From an uncultured Lentisphaerales bacterium (GTDB lineage Bacteria > Verrucomicrobiota > Lentisphaeria > JABSQK01 > JAJFLO01), in NCBI GenBank assembly GCA_964615975.1, contig CAZTTH010000001.1:6559-70558 (forward strand): 64,000 bases of DNA, given 5' to 3'. Under the pieces are notes generated by a model, which searched no databases, had not been told where the DNA came from, and saw only the letters and a program-made list of their open reading frames with translations. Each line of letters begins with the position of its first letter. Position 1 is the stretch's first letter. Position numbers and translations under genes: made by a program. Below are positions 62,558-64,000 of the stretch, piece after piece.

Positions 62558-64000
62558 ATGACTTTAATCCAGAAATTATGTTATTATCGATTTCTGACTT
62601 TATCGCTGATTTTGTTGCTGACTTGGGGGTGTCGAACCCCAGATTATTATCGAAGTCAAGCGAATAAGAATGTGCAACAGATCATCGAAAGCACTCAGTT
62701 GGAAGTTCTTGGAAAAACTTCCGAATTTACTATCGAACGTCCAAGCGATATGTTGAGACGACAGTTGATTATCAATCAACATCTGCCGCATACCGGTCCA
62801 GCCACATTGGGGACGGATGTTTTGCCTCCTGTTCCGGGATGGCCAATGGAGGAAAAGGGCGGTAATGGTGATATAAAATCGGCTAATTCGGAGCCATCGC
62901 AAAATTTAACAACTGCTATTCCAAACCCATTGCCGATCAATCTGATCTCTGCTCTGCAGATTGGCGCGCGCAATAGTTTCGACTATCAAACGAAAAAAGA
63001 AGAGATATTTCGCGCTGCTCTCAACCTTGATCTCGAACGGCATCAATTTCGTCAGACCTATAGTGGCAGACTGCTGTCTCAGGCGAGTACCGATGGCAGT
63101 AATAGTCTGAGTGAAAGTGGATTGGAGACCAATGCTGTCGTGGGAGTCGCACGCAAATTTCAGTCGGGTCTGGCTTTGAGCGGTCAGTTGTTTATTGATC
63201 TGGTGCAGTTATTGACCATGGGAGAGGCATCATCATTGGGCATATTGGGTGATGCCACAATGACAGTACCGATCTTGCGCGGCAGTGGAAAACAAATTGT
63301 AGCTGAACCCTTGACCCAGTCAGAGAGAGAGGTGATGTATGCTTTACAGTCCCTGGAACGATTCAAGGAAGAATTTGCGGTTGAAATTGCCAGTCGGTAT
63401 TATCGGGTGCAAAATCAGTATGATCAATCGCTTAACGCGAGGGCGAATTATCGCAGCCTGCAGGATTCGACAAAACGAGCTCGACAGTTGGCTGAAGCTG
63501 GGCGGCGCACTATCGTTGAAGTGGATCAAACCGCCCAAGATGAACTCCGGGCTCGAGATAATTGGATTAATTCCTCCACGGAATATCAGAATCAGCTCGA
63601 CAACCTCAAAAAGTTTATTGGTTTGCCACCGGATGCACGTCTCGAGATTAAGCAAAATGAGTTGGAAGCGCTGCGGATTGCCAATCGGGAGCGAATCAAC
63701 CTTTCACGTAATACTGGGATAATAAAAACCGAAAACCCTAAGAACATCTCTGCTCCTGAAACCGATAGTAGTGGGAAAGATCAAACACAATTGCCCATGA
63801 AAATATTTAGCTTGAGTGATGACCAAGCTATAGAAATGGCCTTGATTCATCGCCGGGATTTACAGGTAGCTCAGCAAAAAATAGTTGATGCCCAGCGTCA
63901 AGTTGCTGTGGCTGCAGATGGATTGCGTGCCGAATTAACCTTAATGGGTAAGGCTGAAATGGGTGAACGGCGAGATTTGAATAGTGTGCATTCTTCTGAT
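62558..64000 (+). CDS. TolC/NodT-family outer-membrane efflux lipoprotein; 3' end runs off the window
   Basis: ATG at 62558; lipobox LLLTWGC. Long coiled-coil/OEP-repeat character (…YRVQNQYDQSLNARANYRSLQDSTKRARQLAEAGRRTIVEVDQ…). The frame is open to the window end (more than 480 aa). Confidence 0.75.
   Translation, partial: MTLIQKLCYYRFLTLSLILLLTWGCRTPDYYRSQANKNVQQIIESTQLEVLGKTSEFTIERPSDMLRRQLIINQHLPHTGPATLGTDVLPPVPGWPMEEKGGNGDIKSANSEPSQNLTTAIPNPLPINLISALQIGARNSFDYQTKKEEIFRAALNLDLERHQFRQTYSGRLLSQASTDGSNSLSESGLETNAVVGVARKFQSGLALSGQLFIDLVQLLTMGEASSLGILGDATMTVPILRGSGKQIVAEPLTQSEREVMYALQSLERFKEEFAVEIASRYYRVQNQYDQSLNARANYRSLQDSTKRARQLAEAGRRTIVEVDQTAQDELRARDNWINSSTEYQNQLDNLKKFIGLPPDARLEIKQNELEALRIANRERINLSRNTGIIKTENPKNISAPETDSSGKDQTQLPMKIFSLSDDQAIEMALIHRRDLQVAQQKIVDAQRQVAVAADGLRAELTLMGKAEMGERRDLNSVHSSD

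Overview
The window is a low-GC (about 40%) bacterial chromosomal segment, probably from a diderm: it encodes TolB-like and TolC-like proteins and a GspF-like platform protein.

Most of it is housekeeping. I can support, reading the ORF translations:
- a presequence-protease-like M16 peptidase, frr, gap, purM, rsmD, a 7Fe ferredoxin, hisD, archaeal-type purO, clpB, glmS, thiI, class-I fbaB, and a UvrD-family helicase;
- two DegT aminotransferases, a Gfo/Idh/MocA oxidoreductase and a GT2 glycosyltransferase, consistent with amino-sugar glycan synthesis;
- a dense signalling block with one receiver protein, three large GAF/PAS histidine kinases, an RsbU-like PP2C phosphatase, a TfoX N-terminal-domain protein and an RdgC-like protein.

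Three tRNAs are readable: Ser(CGA) on the plus strand, Gly(CCC) on the plus strand, and Gln(TTG) on the minus strand.

The main accessory feature is an ~8.8-kb integrative element inserted at the 3' end of tRNA-Gln (about 32980..41853). It is bounded by 52-bp perfect direct repeats (32980-33031 and 41779-41830). It carries a tyrosine integrase, a 496-aa unrecognisable protein transcribed divergently from an XRE/AlpA-like regulatory operon, a TOPRIM/P-loop primase-helicase, a small terminase subunit homologue and a membrane-anchored SNase-like nuclease. This layout is PICI/satellite-like.

Other items worth a second look:
- an orphan AAA_21/ABC-type ATPase between core genes, flanked by a ~21-bp direct repeat;
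- a translationally coupled bifunctional-nuclease plus NYN/Zc3h12a-like RNase pair;
- a -1 frameshift in a response-regulator gene;
- a secreted tandem-repeat (GxLN, ~21 aa) protein;
- an orphan GspF-like protein;
- an ABC-2 permease, CPBP protease and TolC-like lipoprotein trio.

I saw no CRISPR array and no rRNA.
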